From the NCBI GenBank assembly GCA_022813865.1, contig JALDZX010000046.1, positions 62,001 through 126,000 on the forward strand: a stretch of DNA of 64,000 nucleotides. The letters run 5' to 3'. The notes below the pieces were generated by a model. That model saw nothing but the letters and a program-made list of their open reading frames with translations. It ran no database searches and was not told where the DNA came from. Positions 26,576 to 39,629 of this stretch are shown one piece after another. A program made the translations under genes and the position numbers. The number at the start of each line of letters is the position of its first letter. Positions within the stretch are counted from its first letter, which is position 1. The stretch comes from Xylographa opegraphella (lineage: Eukaryota).

Positions 26576-27024
26576 AGAAGGAAGTCTCTCATCCTATTGC
26601 GCTACTATGCATCCTGAAGCCAGGACAGAAGCGCAGCCATTCTTGTTCTCCCCCCTATAGTAAACGGATCTGCTGCTATCCCTCGGATCTGCCAGGGTAA
26701 GTACGATATCGAAACCCTGGCCAACATGCATCAAGCGCTAATTTTGATCGTAGTAGTTGCACTCCGCGTGCAATTTCGCAGAAACCATAGGCGATAATAG
26801 CAAAATGGGATATAAAGCCGTGTATGCGGATCATGGCTGCTTTAAACTGATATTGGAAAACTCGACGAGTCAGAACCTGACAAGTTTCCGAACAGCCCAC
26901 AAAGCGATACGCTGCAGTAGATTCTCACAACCGAAGGCTTTGCATCAATACTGTATGAGACACTGCCATACCTTTGGGGACAGCTCTGCCGCCCACGTGT
27001 TCACGTCAACCTTCGTAATGCCAT

Positions 27025-27096
27025 TCCTCATGTACACCAATTCACTTCCGTCCCCCCACATCCTCATGTACACCAATTCACTTCCGTGCCTCCACA
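27025..27096. repeat. 36-bp tandem duplication spanning the MFS stop codon
   Basis: TCCTCATGTACACCAATTCACTTCCGT...CCACA x2 with 2 mismatches. Confidence 0.9.
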
Positions 27097-28669
27097 TCCC
27101 CATCCCCATCCCTACATATCACCCTCCTCCCCACCCCTTCCTCTCCATGCCCTTCCTCCCCATGCCCTTCCTCCCCATGCCCTTCCTCCCCATCCAAACC
27201 CTCGCACCCCCCATTTTCCTCTGCACCATCCTCCTCCCTCCCCCTCCACCCCACAAACATAGCCAAAACCCCCAAATCATACCCAACCTTCAACGCGCCC
27301 GCGACCACGAACCCGACCCAAAACCTCCCCCCCTGCACCAACCCCCCGGTCACACTCGGCGCCACACTTTGACTCAACGTCTTCACGACGCCCAGCACGC
27401 CCATGACGGCCGTGCGCTCCCCCGGCCGCACCACCGCGCTGAGGAAGGCCTCCCGCGGGGCCTGGTCCATGCTCTGGGTGCAGCTGCGCAGCACGAGCAG
27501 CAGGGCCGCGAGCGGCAGGCTGCACGGCAGCGGGATCAGCGCGAGGCAGACGGCGGAGGGGAGGTGCGTGAAGACCATGGTGCGGACGAGGCCGATGCGG
27601 CGCGCCAGGGGCGCCGCGAGCAGGATGGACACTGTGGAGATGAGGGCCGTGAGCGCGAGGAGCGTGCCGAGTGCTGAGGGCTGCATGCCGTGCGTGGTGG
27701 TGAAGAAGTAGGCGATCCACGATGCGGGCACGAGCCCGGAGGCGAAGGCTTCGATGGCGAAGAGGCCGCCCAGGCGGAGCACCAGCGGCCGCGAGGAGGG
27801 TGATAGGGTGGGGAGGAGCGAGCCGCGCTGCTGGTGGCTTGGAACTTTGCTCTCCGCTGCCTGCGGGGCTGGGAGCAGGCTCGTTGTTTCCGACTCGTCA
27901 GCGCGTGGGCGCTCCGGCCGCGGGGAGCGAGTGGCGCGACGTTCGCAGGCGGGGCTGAGAAGTAGCGGCAGGAAGGCGTGGAGCAGCCCGAGGACGGCGT
28001 ACGCGCCGAACAGGACGCGGTGGGCGTGCGTCGCCGTCCAGCCGTCGCGCTGCTGCAGCGCCTGCGCGGCCCATCCACACGCCAGGGTACCGAGCGCGGT
28101 GCCGGCTTTGCCGCATAGCGTGTACCAGGTGAAGATGTCGCTGCGGAGGGCGGGGGGCGTGAGGTGCGCGAGGGTGGACTCCTCGACGGCGCGGAAGGGG
28201 CCGATCTCGGCGCCGCTGCGGAGGTGGATCGATGCGTTGGCTTCATGTGCATGCGAGGGGAGGGAGGAGGGGCTACAGACCTTGGGCTCATAATCCCCAG
28301 TACGCTCGCGGCCAGCAGGGCCCAGTAGCTGTCGCACAGGGCGAAAACGATGCCGCTGGCGGTCATCAGCGCGGCGGCGAGGACGAGGGTCGTGCGCCGG
28401 CCGAGGCCGTCCGCGAGGATGGTCAGGCAGGACGTGCTGCCTACATCGCCGAGGAGGGTGAGGGTCATGAAGAGCCCGATACGGGAGTCGGCCACGCCGA
28501 GGCGGGAGAGGTGCAGAACGAGGATCAGGGTCGAGAGCCCGAATGCGAAGAGGCGCACGAAGCGCAGCAGGCACAGCAGCTTAGTGTCGCCGGGGGAGTG
28601 GTAGATGGAGAGGAGGCCGAGCTCGGTGCTGAGGCGCGAGAGGATGGGAAGGGAGGTGTTGGACAGCAT
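27078..28669 (-). CDS. Major facilitator superfamily transporter
   Basis: LRFVRLFAFG, IGLFMTLTLLGD, motif A-like ADGLGRR, intron-joined SPSGAEIGPFRAVEES, RRIGLVRTMVFTHLPS, SMDQAPREAFLS, AGALKVGYDL. Confidence 0.88.
27135..27194. repeat. 15-bp minisatellite x4 (encodes HGEEG repeats in the MFS tail)
   Basis: CCCTTCCTCCCCATG repeated four times. Confidence 0.9.
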
Positions 28670-29711
28670 GGTGGGGGTTTAGGAGTGAGATGGGGATCAG
28701 GTTACCGTTGCTCAGGGTATGGAAGGGGACGAGGGTATTTCAGTGGTGATATGGTGCCGTACGAGGCATTGACACGCAAATGCGCCATGGAGGACGCATG
28801 AAAATCTTGAAACAGATAAGCTGCACTTACAGTCCTTATCTGATCTTTTGTTGTTGGTCGAGGCGGTTGCGGCCTTACCCCGCCATCGTAGGCTGAAACG
28901 GTGGGGTAATTTCAAGGAGCACGTTCGAGGAAAGTGGTACCGCGTGCGGAGTAGAATCGATCAGTTAATGGCTTTGGCAATACCGACTTTTCGAAGTACA
29001 TTCACACACTGCAACAGCAGAGCTGCGCGCCTATCAGCGGTCTGCTCAGCTTCGATCTCATAACCCAGAATTGCTAATGAGATGGAACCTCACAACGTCT
29101 ACTAATCCAAGCCTTTACTGCCAACGTTCAGCACCCAAGTACTTCATGCTTATGGACCCACACGTCCATACAGCTCTATAAAGCGATCACTTGCAAGTTG
29201 CAGCATGATACAGGGCTAATGAGCCAAGGCTCGAGTGCCATGTCTTCATCGCGATGAAAAAGTATCCAAAATCCATATATGGAATGTTTGAATGATGTCT
29301 TCCTTTCCAGTTAATCTATCCCAGAAGCTGGCCAAACTTATCGTAATTTCTGGAACGAAGCTCTGGTTAGATTCGGGGAATTGAGAGACTGCTCGCCAGA
29401 ACTATTAGTCGACAATGTCTTTGATATAAGTCAGGATTTCCTGAGATCTTTCATTTTTTGATCCTTCTTAGCGCGATAATTCGTTCCGCTTCGGAACGGC
29501 AGGTCGTACACCTGTGCCTGTACGTCGTCCACATATCGATCTTGTTCACCTTTAGATGATTCTTGGTGTGAATACGACGGTATTGTGAGAATTAGTGCCT
29601 GAGGCTGAACAGAGCTGTAATCGGTCATAGCTAGATGCTCAGAAGAACCTGGGAGAGGAGGACCACTTTGAAGTAGTTCTTATTGAAGGAATTCGCCTCC
29701 GTGATAGAGGG

Positions 29712-32100
29712 TCAAGGGAGGTAGTTCGTATCGAATTGAGTGAAGAAATCTGGTGGTGCATTTGCCAATATCGAATTGATGAGATCATCGTCCATGAAAA
29801 AGGACGGAAAATTGTCCACATCGATCATGTCAAAGTCTGGAGGCTCCGACGTAGCTACGTCATGCATCATACCGAAGATACTGCTATTCGTCCCTTCGGC
29901 TTCAACAGGCCCTGTTAATGTTGTTTCCAAGCCAAAAGGAGCAGAATTTGGACCAATCAGGGGCCCTCCATAAATCCCAGTCTCTTGCAGCGATTCTGAA
30001 TTTGAATCAGCAAGGACCGACTGGCTCGTGTTAGTACGCTTCTGGACCGCTGGATCTGTTTGGTGTAGTTCAGCAGCCTTTTTGTGACTTGGCGTTGTCC
30101 CAGCCACAAAAGCCCGACGTTTACGTTTGACAACGAGCGTTTTCAGCACAGTAATAACCATCGAGAACTGGCTTGCCGTGGCACATTGGTTATCCTGAGC
30201 GGCAAGACTCAGCGAAACGAGAATATCGTCAAGGTAGTGGTCGACGTTGAAATCATCGCCATCAGTAGTGAGCTTGATGAAGACAACCGATATGTAGATG
30301 AGTCGGACGAATTGGAAAGTCGGCACGCATCTGACCGTGGCTGGAGGCATAGAGAGAAAGGTTTGGTAAAGTGAGTGAATACTGGTCAGCGCAGTAGATA
30401 AACTGTCAATATGTCCTGCGCTGATCTCTGCTCTCTCTGGAGGCCTCATGCTCTTGAATACTTCCGGTGGGAACGGAGGTTGAAGATCCTCATTGGTTTT
30501 TCCAGTGTTCAAAGCAACTTCGTGTAGATACAACCGGATTAGTGTCTCCCCATAGATTATGTTTGGTGATTTTGGGACATTTGGCGTCCGTAAAATACAT
30601 TCGCGCCATTGCGCCTCAAAGCCTTGTACCATATGTCTCATCTTAGTATCGTCTAGGCCATCCAGGACCGTAGGATCTTCAACCTTGAATTGCTCACCAA
30701 TCTCATCCGCAACGCGTTGAAGGCGTACCCAGTGGCACAGGGTTTGATCAGAAGGCAATGCATCTGCGGACGTCTCTAGAAGCTGCAAACATTCCTCCGA
30801 GTAGATAGACCATCTTATAAGGTTTGCCCTTCTCGTGCTTGATATTATTAGTACTATGCGTTGCAGAAGAAATGCAAACCACTTCTCGGTCTTACCTTTG
30901 TGCGGTTCTAGAACATGGTCAGAGGGCGGTGTGCAGTACAGCTAGAGAATCAGGGACATACAGAGCAGCCAAGAAATAACATCCCAACCACGCCCTTCTG
31001 CATTCGATGAGGCTCGAGTCAGGATGTTGCTTCGGTTGCAGTGAAGGTCCACGCCTTGCCTCGATTACGCCTGTGATCTTCATCGCTCTACCCCGACGAT
31101 TGAGACCTATCTCAATGGCCATGACGCAGGCAACATGTATCTTGAAGTTGAATTATGTCAGTGAATGCACTCTGGTCACGGACTGTGAATATACCAGTTG
31201 GTAGTATTTGAGCTCCTCATAACGTTCTGGTGGATAATACCAGAGCATAGCAATCTGTAGGGCTTGTATCAGTTCGAGGGACTTCTCCCCGACGACAAGT
31301 GCCTGATTCGCGAACACTCGTTGCAGTTCTGCATTGATTTTACGTTGACAATTGAGAGGTAGTATGCCGGAGGCCGCATTCAGGATAGATAAGAATAAAA
31401 CTGGTTTATTCCGACGCATTTGCGCCGCATCACTCGAGGCCTCAACCACCACCATGGGAAACTGCGGCATCATGTTCATCACAAAGTGGTCGAGTGCTTT
31501 TCTCGCAGCGTCCATTGTCATCACGCCCTGGTCAATGACATCGAAGTAGCTCGATAGAGGTAACTGAACAACAGATTTGGCATTACTTGACGCTGGTACA
31601 TAATTCGGAGGTAGAGCATGAGTTCCACTTAGGCTCTCGGAGCCTTGCGAATCGTGATCCCGCTGGAGGTAGAGTTCTTGGGTGGGTTCCTCACCATGAC
31701 CATAGGCATCTGGCTTATCAAATTGCTTGGCCGAGGATGAGCTTTCTGGCATAAGCACACCGCGTACAGGTAATTCCTGTGATTGACCAACTTGCTGACT
31801 CGACTGTGACTTCAGAGCCTCGAGGCTCGCACTAATCTCTTGGATCTGTCTCTCTAGCTCGAGTACCTTTGGATTTCCCTTGGCTCGCGGGCGTCGCTCG
31901 GTAATCACACAGAGACGGCCTGCTTTAGAGCAGCGCTTACAGACCGCACTTTGTAAACTGTCATATTTGCATTGAACTTTTAATCTTCGACAGCCTTCGC
32001 AGGCACGGCGACGAGCTAGAATCTCTCCACTTGCGGGAGGTTTAATATAATCTTCAGATTGATACTCATTGGGAAATGATGGCTCGACGGACTGCGCCAT
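29712..32100 (-). CDS. Zn(II)2Cys6 fungal transcription factor
   Basis: ACEGCRRLKVQC..VCKRCSKAGRLC; middle homology region (KPVLFLSIL, KSLELIQAL, ECRRAWLGCYFL, SDQTLCHWVRLQ); multi-exon. Confidence 0.88.
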
Positions 32101-32699
32101 TCTTGATCGAATTATACCAGGTCTGGTAGTGGCACCCGATAGTTAATCCATAGGAAGCACTTGAATTATTACCTGAAGATTAGAAATCGGAATATGATGA
32201 TTGATACAGAACTACAAAAACGTCAGACACAAAACGAGATAAAAGCATCGACTGCTCAACGCCATTGTCAAGATAGACAGCTGGCAGTAACAAGATAATG
32301 GAGTAGATTTTGCTCGGCTAGGCCTCGGGTGGGGGAGCGCCATAACCGAAGTAGCTAGTTATCTATACTAGCTTGTTTCTGACAGATGCTTGGCGCCATG
32401 AGGTAACCCTTTACCCCTGTTCTGCGCCGCAAGCTTGCATTACCACAGTACACACGGTACCTAGGTAAGGTACATGGATGCAATTTTACCTCACAGATAA
32501 GGTATTCAACTTCAGACAACGCTCAAAAAGCCAGTCAACTCCGCAATGTCGAGGTGTAATGAAAGTCATTATCAGTTTGCTTCCTTCATCCCCAGTCGTA
32601 CTTGTACCGTGTACCTCAACCATCCAGTTAGCTGCCAAAGAGTGCTGCAGAGACCTGTATGACAGACCGTCACAATCATCCTTGCCTCAATACAATTCG

Positions 32700-33660
32700 T
32701 CAGACCCTTGGTGCATCCTGACACTTGAGACATCCTTGGAACTGCAAAGGATCCATTGTTCCGGACATAGAGAAGGCGCGTTGACAGCCATCACAGTTAC
32801 GGAGCCATGCGACGAGAGCCTGGTACTCCTTTAACTTCTCCGTGACTTTGCTCATACGGTGGGCCATCTGTGTAGCTGACTGATCAAGCTCCCGTTTCTC
32901 TTCAAGGTGTTGAGAGTACAGGAACTCGAGGTGCTCCTGCTTACTCGTTTCTTCTATCTCGAGCCATGCCAGCAGTCCTTTATTCATGTCCACAGCCACG
33001 GTCGGTACGGCCAGCATGAGATCAATCACGTCTTGGTGCATCATGAGAATCTTCGCACTCAACCCACATATGTGCTGTATATGATCTCGGAGTCCACGAT
33101 CGGAGTCTGGAGTTGAAGTGTACACGTACTCCAGCAGTTTGGGAAAGGTACCGCTTGATGCACCGTCTTTATAGACCGTTGTGACGAACTTGAGCTTTGC
33201 CAGATCTTTCAGGGAGTCGATGCCATAACGATCGCCAATAGCATACATTCTAGCATGTCTCAACGGCACAGATTGATCTTCGTCTTCAGCTTGCTTACCA
33301 CGATTGGCGTAAGACACTAGTGCAGACGACATGGCTTCTTGAGGGGTGATGACGCTTGAAGAGGCAGCAACGTCGGTATAGTCCCCACGGTATAGATAAT
33401 CGAGCAGGCGATCCAGATCCGCAACGATGTGATCCGACAATTCCAACACTCCACTGGAAGCTTCCTATATTTACTAAGTCAGTGTTGGTTCATTCTGATG
33501 ATCCGGAGTCCCAAACCTGGAAAGCTTCGGAGCACATTGTCTTGAGTACCGGCGACTGTCCACAGACAACGACGCGGTGAACTCGTCGCTGATGGCCTCT
33601 GCAGTTGATTGTCAGGTCCGAGAAGTCTCCGGACTTAAGCATCTGCATCATGTCTAGCAT
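32700..33660 (-). CDS. BTB/POZ-domain protein (intact)
   Basis: MLDMMQMLKSGDFSDLTINC..RVHRVVVCGQSPVL, one intron after AFQ, EASSGVLELSDH, LDYLYRGDY, MYAIGDRYGI, VYTSTPDSDRGLRD. Confidence 0.85.
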
Positions 33661-34990
33661 TTTGGCTATACCGGGACGACCTTCGTGAAGATGCGTGACA
33701 AGTCTTTGGAGGTAAGAGGTGACGTTTTTAATGGAGATGCGGAAGAGTCTTTATGAAGCTGTGCAAGAGTCTTTTTGGAGATGTGTGAAAGTCTTCTTGG
33801 AGTTATGCACCAGTCTTCGCAAAGCTGCGTCGAAATATTCGTGGACATGTACAGACGAGAAGAAAAACCCACATCAGACACAAAAGCAAGCTCTCCTCAT
33901 ATTTAACACCCCAGTGTGTCCCTCCAGGACGTGAATATCACTAGTGGCCTCGGGTTGAAGCGAACGAACGGTATAAGACAGAACCCAGCGGTACCTACAA
34001 CGAAGTCTACGCATGTGCTCTACCACGTGGCTACCTTATGCTACCAGTGTCAATACGACCTCGCGGAGCTATGTTTCCCAAGCAAACATCGTCGTTCACA
34101 CATCGAGATCCATTCGCCCAGCGGATGTACGTCGTAGCTTCGACGTTTGCTCTGGGTCGGCACCAGTTACTACATGTCTAATGGGAACACATTCTCACGC
34201 ATCACCAGCAGATACAACCACTTTTCAAGTACCATACCAAACACACCCACAATACAGTCAGTCGTCTCTGCATAAACCATCAAACATAGATTACAGAATG
34301 GTCCCCTAGTCCGCACCAACAGTCCCGCATCGACAGTCGAAGATGCCTCAGCATCGCTGATACGATGACTAATATGCCAAGTCGCCTCGCTTAGGGCAGT
34401 GCTAGGCTGTAGACTAACCCTAAGACCATAACTTGAAATAAGGTAGTTATTCCTAGGTACATAGGTACTCCTACACGCGGCCTTCAGGCTGTGAGAGAAA
34501 TAGAGAGTGTCCGGAGGAGGAGATCGTACAAGTAGAGTAGACAAAATATATATAACGTTTACAGTATATTTCCCACGCATCCTACCCCTAGGCTACAAAC
34601 ACAATCAAGAGAAACCTTTAATCAAACCCGTTAGGGCGATGGGCAAATAAACCACGCCACGAAGCAGTCTACATCACGTCCATCGACATTGATAACACAG
34701 CGTCTCCAGCTATGAGGCATTGACACTGATCTACAAGCCGCCAGAGCGAACTGTCCTGGCGCTACGCCCCCGAGATCTCGGGTCCACCAAAGCCCCGCGC
34801 TCAGCTCCTTCAAGATACCTTACTATAAAGCGCGCCGCCGTAAATGCCAGATCACGCTTGCCGTGCATCGCGCTGAAAAACCCGCCACGAGCTCCCAAGG
34901 CGTAGAAAGCCAACATAACCAAGCTTCAGATGCCGTTTTCAGACCAAGCACCCAGAGAAGAAGCAACCGCCATGCTCGAACTGCACCCCA

Positions 34991-37974
34991 TCAGGACATC
35001 CTTACGCGGAAGAGGTAGCGCAGCCGGATCTGCGCGACGTCGTAAGCGATGTACTCGTTGTAATACAGAATGGCACCATCGACGCCCGTCGGGCCGGGCG
35101 GTTTGGAGGTATCCGGCTGCGGACAGGTCAATTACCATACCGCGATACGATAGGGGGTACGCGCGAAGCTCATACCATAGTAACGCCCTTGAGACTCGGG
35201 TGCACACACTCGGCCGACTTCCAGCCCGCCGGCCCCGTCGTCCCCTTGCCCCAAGTCGCATAAGAGCCCTTCGCCTTGGCCGCCTCGGGCGCGCCGGCGT
35301 CGGCGTCGACCAGCTCCAGCATTGGCTTCCCGAGCTCGGCCTCGCACAGGAGGAGCAAGCCGGTGTTGCCGGAGTTGTGGTAGGCGCAGTAGCCGGCGGA
35401 CTTGGAAGAGATGTCGGCGAGGTAGACGCCCTTGCCGAACATGTAGCCGTTGACGGGCGCTTCGGGCGGAGCGATGCGCAGGCCTTGAGAGAGGATGCCG
35501 CCGAAATTGGTGGCGCGGGAGCCGTGCCATAGGAGGCGGCGATCGGCGTGGAGTTGGGCGAAGGGGCTCTGCGCGAAACGGTCATTTTCGCCGCTGCGCT
35601 CGATTCGGAAGATGTCTTCGACCTGTGGATATTGTGTTGGTTTTAGCATAATCCATGTTGAAGATGCGGTAACTGTCTAGCTGACCTTGAAATTCATCCC
35701 GTGGGTGATACCGTGGGTTTTGAGTAGATAGTCCTTCAACTCCTGGAATTCGGTAGATTCGGTTCGTACTGGAAGCAAGTCAGTGGAAAACACAACAGTA
35801 GTACGTGACTTACGTGGCGTCATCTCATTCAACCCCAGAGCAGCGTACTGGTTATCCAGAACATGTACCGAGCTTTCATCATTGTCTTTCGATCCCTTCA
35901 TTATCTCCGCGGCTATAGACATATCGCTCAAAGACTCCAACAATTCGACTTCCCGTTTCAGAAGGTCGTTGTTGTTTATCACCGGTGGCCTATTACGGCC
36001 AAAGCTGTGCGGAATAGTAGAGTAGTATGAGTTTGATATCTCGACAAGGGCGTCTACGAAGGACATGTTGTGTACCTCGTCCGCAAGGCTGGGATTGAAA
36101 AGTAGCTCTGCAAGTTCTTTCAAAGCCTCGAAGCCAGACTTTAGCGTACGCTTGCTAAGTTTTCCGAGTGGTAACTTGTTCGCATCGTACGACATTGCAG
36201 CCATAGTATTCACAAAGTATTCTTGGTTGAAGATGAAGCGCATGAGCGATTGTACTTGCGGCGCCAATGTGCTTTCAGGTGGTTTTCTTATACTGCCTCC
36301 ACTGTTGACTGATGTCTTTGACTGCCGTCGATTTCCTGCACTTCGTAGCTCATCGTCCTCCTCGGAGTCACTCTCATAGTTTCGTTCAATAAATGTGTAC
36401 TTGCCTTTTTTTGGTGGGTTCAATCTATCCGACCACCTGTGACCAGACTTGTCCTTGAACTTTTTCTCAAATTGAGTTAAGGCATCGTGGTAGCTACCAT
36501 CTCCTAAGAGAGCGCTCTGTCCATGCTCACCGACTCGTCCCCATCGAGTCCATGTATGGTAGGAATCATTACCAGAAGCCAAGAGCTCGTTGATAGTCAG
36601 CATGGTAACGGCAATGCGATCAACGGTATCAAGCGTACCTGGACCCGATAGAACTTATTGGCGTTGTTGCCTGCGTTCGTCTGGTTTAGAGAAGCATCGA
36701 ATATTGTCCCACTCTTGTCGATATATACACGATGGGTGCCTACCAATCATCCATCAGTTCCAAATGTTGCGGAGCTACGGAGCGTTGACAACTGCTGACC
36801 TGCAAGGCTGCATCCTTCATCTACATGAATATTGAGTGACTTGGGTTCGGCATTTTGGCTTTCCTTCCGCTTTTTGGCCACAGATAGCGTGTCTGTCTTA
36901 TCGACTTTCGAATATTCATCCTTGGTGCTCTCATCACGTGTCCGCTTCTTGCCTTTGTCCTCATTCTTGGTTGTTACGATAGAAACAGGCTTCATTATGG
37001 TGGAGTCCACTTTTCCCGCTGCAGAGTCGGCCTTCGCCACGGAAGAGTCCGCGTTCACCACTGTAGAGTCCGCATTCGCCGCAGAAGAGTCCGCCTTCGC
37101 CACTGCAGAATCCGCCTTCGCCACGGTAGAGCCCAACTTCATCATAAGGTATGATCCTTCGTCGACCATACTTCGTGTTTCGATACACTCGAGCAGCCAG
37201 TCCAGATTTACAACTTTGATATCTGGATGCTCTGCAGCCTGCTTGACTAGAACGTCACGGTCAGTATGATCTCGTAGACTTCATATCGAAGTACACCATA
37301 AAACATGGCAACGCGCAAAAGAGCGAATCAATGAATGAGCAGTAAAGCAAGGCTCCAACAATTCTTCCACTTGATTCACGCAGTATTGCAGTGAATGAAC
37401 GCCAGGAAAAGTGAGACTTGAAAGCTCCGAGCACATTTCACATAAAGCCGAAATCAATGCACAGCATCCCAGACCCTTCAACAACTTCCAAATCACGTGC
37501 AACTCGACCACAAGATACCCCAGCACCCCTAAGCCACCGCAAACCCAACTCAAGAAGAACGAGAACCTCATCGAAGCCACCCCAATCGTTGAAAAGCAAA
37601 GTAAACACAAAAGTAAACAAACCGTCCCTCCTACCCTCCCTCCCCCGGAACGACTCAAGGCTTCCCAAAACCCCCCACCCCATCAAACCAGAAAAGAATC
37701 AAAAAAAAACACTCACCCTTTGCCCCCTCCCCCCAACCCTCCTTCTCCATCACCACCAAATGCGTACACTGGCACCCCACCTTCCCCACCACACTCCAGC
37801 CCAGCACCTTAATCGCCTTAACCAGCTCTCCTACGACCCACCACATGCATCAGCAACCATCTAGCCCCCTAACTCGACCCCCATCCCCAGAAGTCACCCA
37901 AGAAACCACTCACCATGTGTCCAGCCCGGAAAAGTGCCACTGAGGGCGATGATGCATTCCTGCAGCGGGGCCAT
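34991..37974 (-). CDS. PARP: Poly(ADP-ribose) polymerase (BRCT-WGR-regulatory-catalytic)
   Basis: BRCT ([24 protein letters not shown]), WGR ([19 protein letters not shown]), [19 protein letters not shown], catalytic [27 protein letters not shown] (H-Y-E triad intact). Confidence 0.92.
37002..37130. repeat. 21-bp coding minisatellite (~6 units) in the PARP linker
   Basis: Units AGAGTCCGCCTTCGCCACNGN encoding (S/T/A)VAKADS-type heptads. Confidence 0.9.
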
Positions 37975-38489
37975 TTGGAGTCTGTGAAGGGAAGGGCGAG
38001 GGGATACTTGAAGATTGGGGCCAGAGAATGAATTGAAAGATCAAAAGGAAAGGACGGAGGTTACGGGGTAGAAGAAAAGGCGAAGGAAGGGTGCTGAAGG
38101 ACGCTAAGCTGTGATAGGTTAAGGCTGGGCAGGCAGAACCCTTAGCGGGGCTTGGCTAAGGGGTCGTTGCCTGCGGGAGAAGCGTTGGGACCTTCACGAA
38201 GGTGATATGCATGACGATTCAGGTGGATCGTTTGTAGGCAGAAGTGAACGTATCCATTGCTATTACTTAGTATGAATATGACCTTTTGTGACAGTGTAAC
38301 CTAACCCAACCCCAAAATTTGAACCCCTCCCGTCCGAATCTAACATCGGGTATTCGTATAGACAGAGCGCTTCCTCAACCTTGACCAGATGAGTCGATTT
38401 ATAGAAGTGAATTCCACAAGCGCCTATGTGAACCGTCCCCCTTGTGACATTATACATGAATCGTAATTAATAAGAATAGTGTTGATCCG

Positions 38490-39629
38490 TCATGAAAAGT
38501 CCTCGGCCATTTCGCGGACGTGTGGCTCGACCGGTGTGGTAGGTATCGAGTGAAACACCTCGCTCTCGCTGCTACCCTTCACTCCCTCGTTCTGAGAGTC
38601 TTGTGTCCTCAATCCGATAGGTGGCTGTACAGAGTGAAGATCCACTTCCTCGAAGCCTTCCGTATTGTCTTTCCTGGCGGAAATTATGCTGGCGTCGGCA
38701 TGTCCTGTCTTGTCCTCACTACCGGCAAAGGTTTTCGTCTGAAGAACTGCATGCATTTCGGAGCGCGGCGATTCGCGGTCAGGTATCGAAGTCACTTCCG
38801 ACAATGGATTGCGCGAGTCGATGGAGGTCCGATCGAATGTGCTTTTCGTCGGCGAAGAGTTATGACTACTGCGTTCATGATCAGAACCCTCCTCGGGTGC
38901 CAGTTCAGGTTCCGGCTCGCCAGTGACCGCTTTTGGCACCCTCCTGCGGTATGGACTCCTGGGTGGTAAGGCTGGAGGAACGCGTTTGTGTATGTTTACC
39001 AGTTTGGCCTTACTGACAATGGGCGACGCCGCAGCATGCGCAACGAATTGTACCGTAGGCGCAGCTTCCTCTATGATAGCTTCCGGTTCCTCGTCGTCTT
39101 CCTCATCTTCCATCTCTTCGTGGCTTGGAGATTGATCCTCCAAAGGCTCTTCCTCAAGGTGTCGCTCCCCATCTTCATCATTGATCCATGCAAGATCCTC
39201 CGTGGCCTTCTTTGCCGGACTTGTCTCCCTGGTTGTTTCCTCGATAGTTTGAAACCCAAGATCTGCAGTCTGCGTCCCATGATCCACGCTCTTCATACTA
39301 CGCCTGCTGTCCCGACGACTGTTCCTAAAAGAAACGCTATCGATGCTCTGCATGCTACGCCGTCCGAAGTTGACAAATATGGGACTGGTGGGCGATGGTC
39401 GATATTCGAACTCTTCACTGGCCGGCCGCGTTTTCGTGCCAGCTTCTTTGATTGCCAAGCCCGCTTTCTCCAGTGCAAGAACGCCGAATGGATCCGGATC
39501 GTCCATGGACGGAAGGCCGAAGCCATCTGCCTCGAGAAGAGTTGTCAATTGCTTGAGAGGAGGCTGAGTGGAGGGAGGTCGGGATTTCGGCTTCGACCAG
39601 AGAGGCAGCGGGACCGATGGGAATGGCAT
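38490..39629 (-). CDS. Hypothetical acidic/Ser-Pro-rich protein
   Basis: ~379-aa single ORF from ATG 39629 (MPFPSVPLP); motif KRVPPALPPRSPYR. Confidence 0.7.
   Translation of the reverse strand: MPFPSVPLPLWSKPKSRPPSTQPPLKQLTTLLEADGFGLPSMDDPDPFGVLALEKAGLAIKEAGTKTRPASEEFEYRPSPTSPIFVNFGRRSMQSIDSVSFRNSRRDSRRSMKSVDHGTQTADLGFQTIEETTRETSPAKKATEDLAWINDEDGERHLEEEPLEDQSPSHEEMEDEEDDEEPEAIIEEAAPTVQFVAHAAASPIVSKAKLVNIHKRVPPALPPRSPYRRRVPKAVTGEPEPELAPEEGSDHERSSHNSSPTKSTFDRTSIDSRNPLSEVTSIPDRESPRSEMHAVLQTKTFAGSEDKTGHADASIISARKDNTEGFEEVDLHSVQPPIGLRTQDSQNEGVKGSSESEVFHSIPTTPVEPHVREMAEDFS

Noticed and set aside
26757..28801. Long plus-strand ORFs antisense to the MFS gene (likewise over ATG3, SPS19, PARP, THO2)
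   Set aside because: Shadow ORFs from GC-rich, stop-poor sequence; no family motifs.
27078..32100. Secondary metabolite cluster (MFS + Zn2Cys6)
   Set aside because: No PKS, NRPS, terpene synthase or tailoring enzymes in the window.
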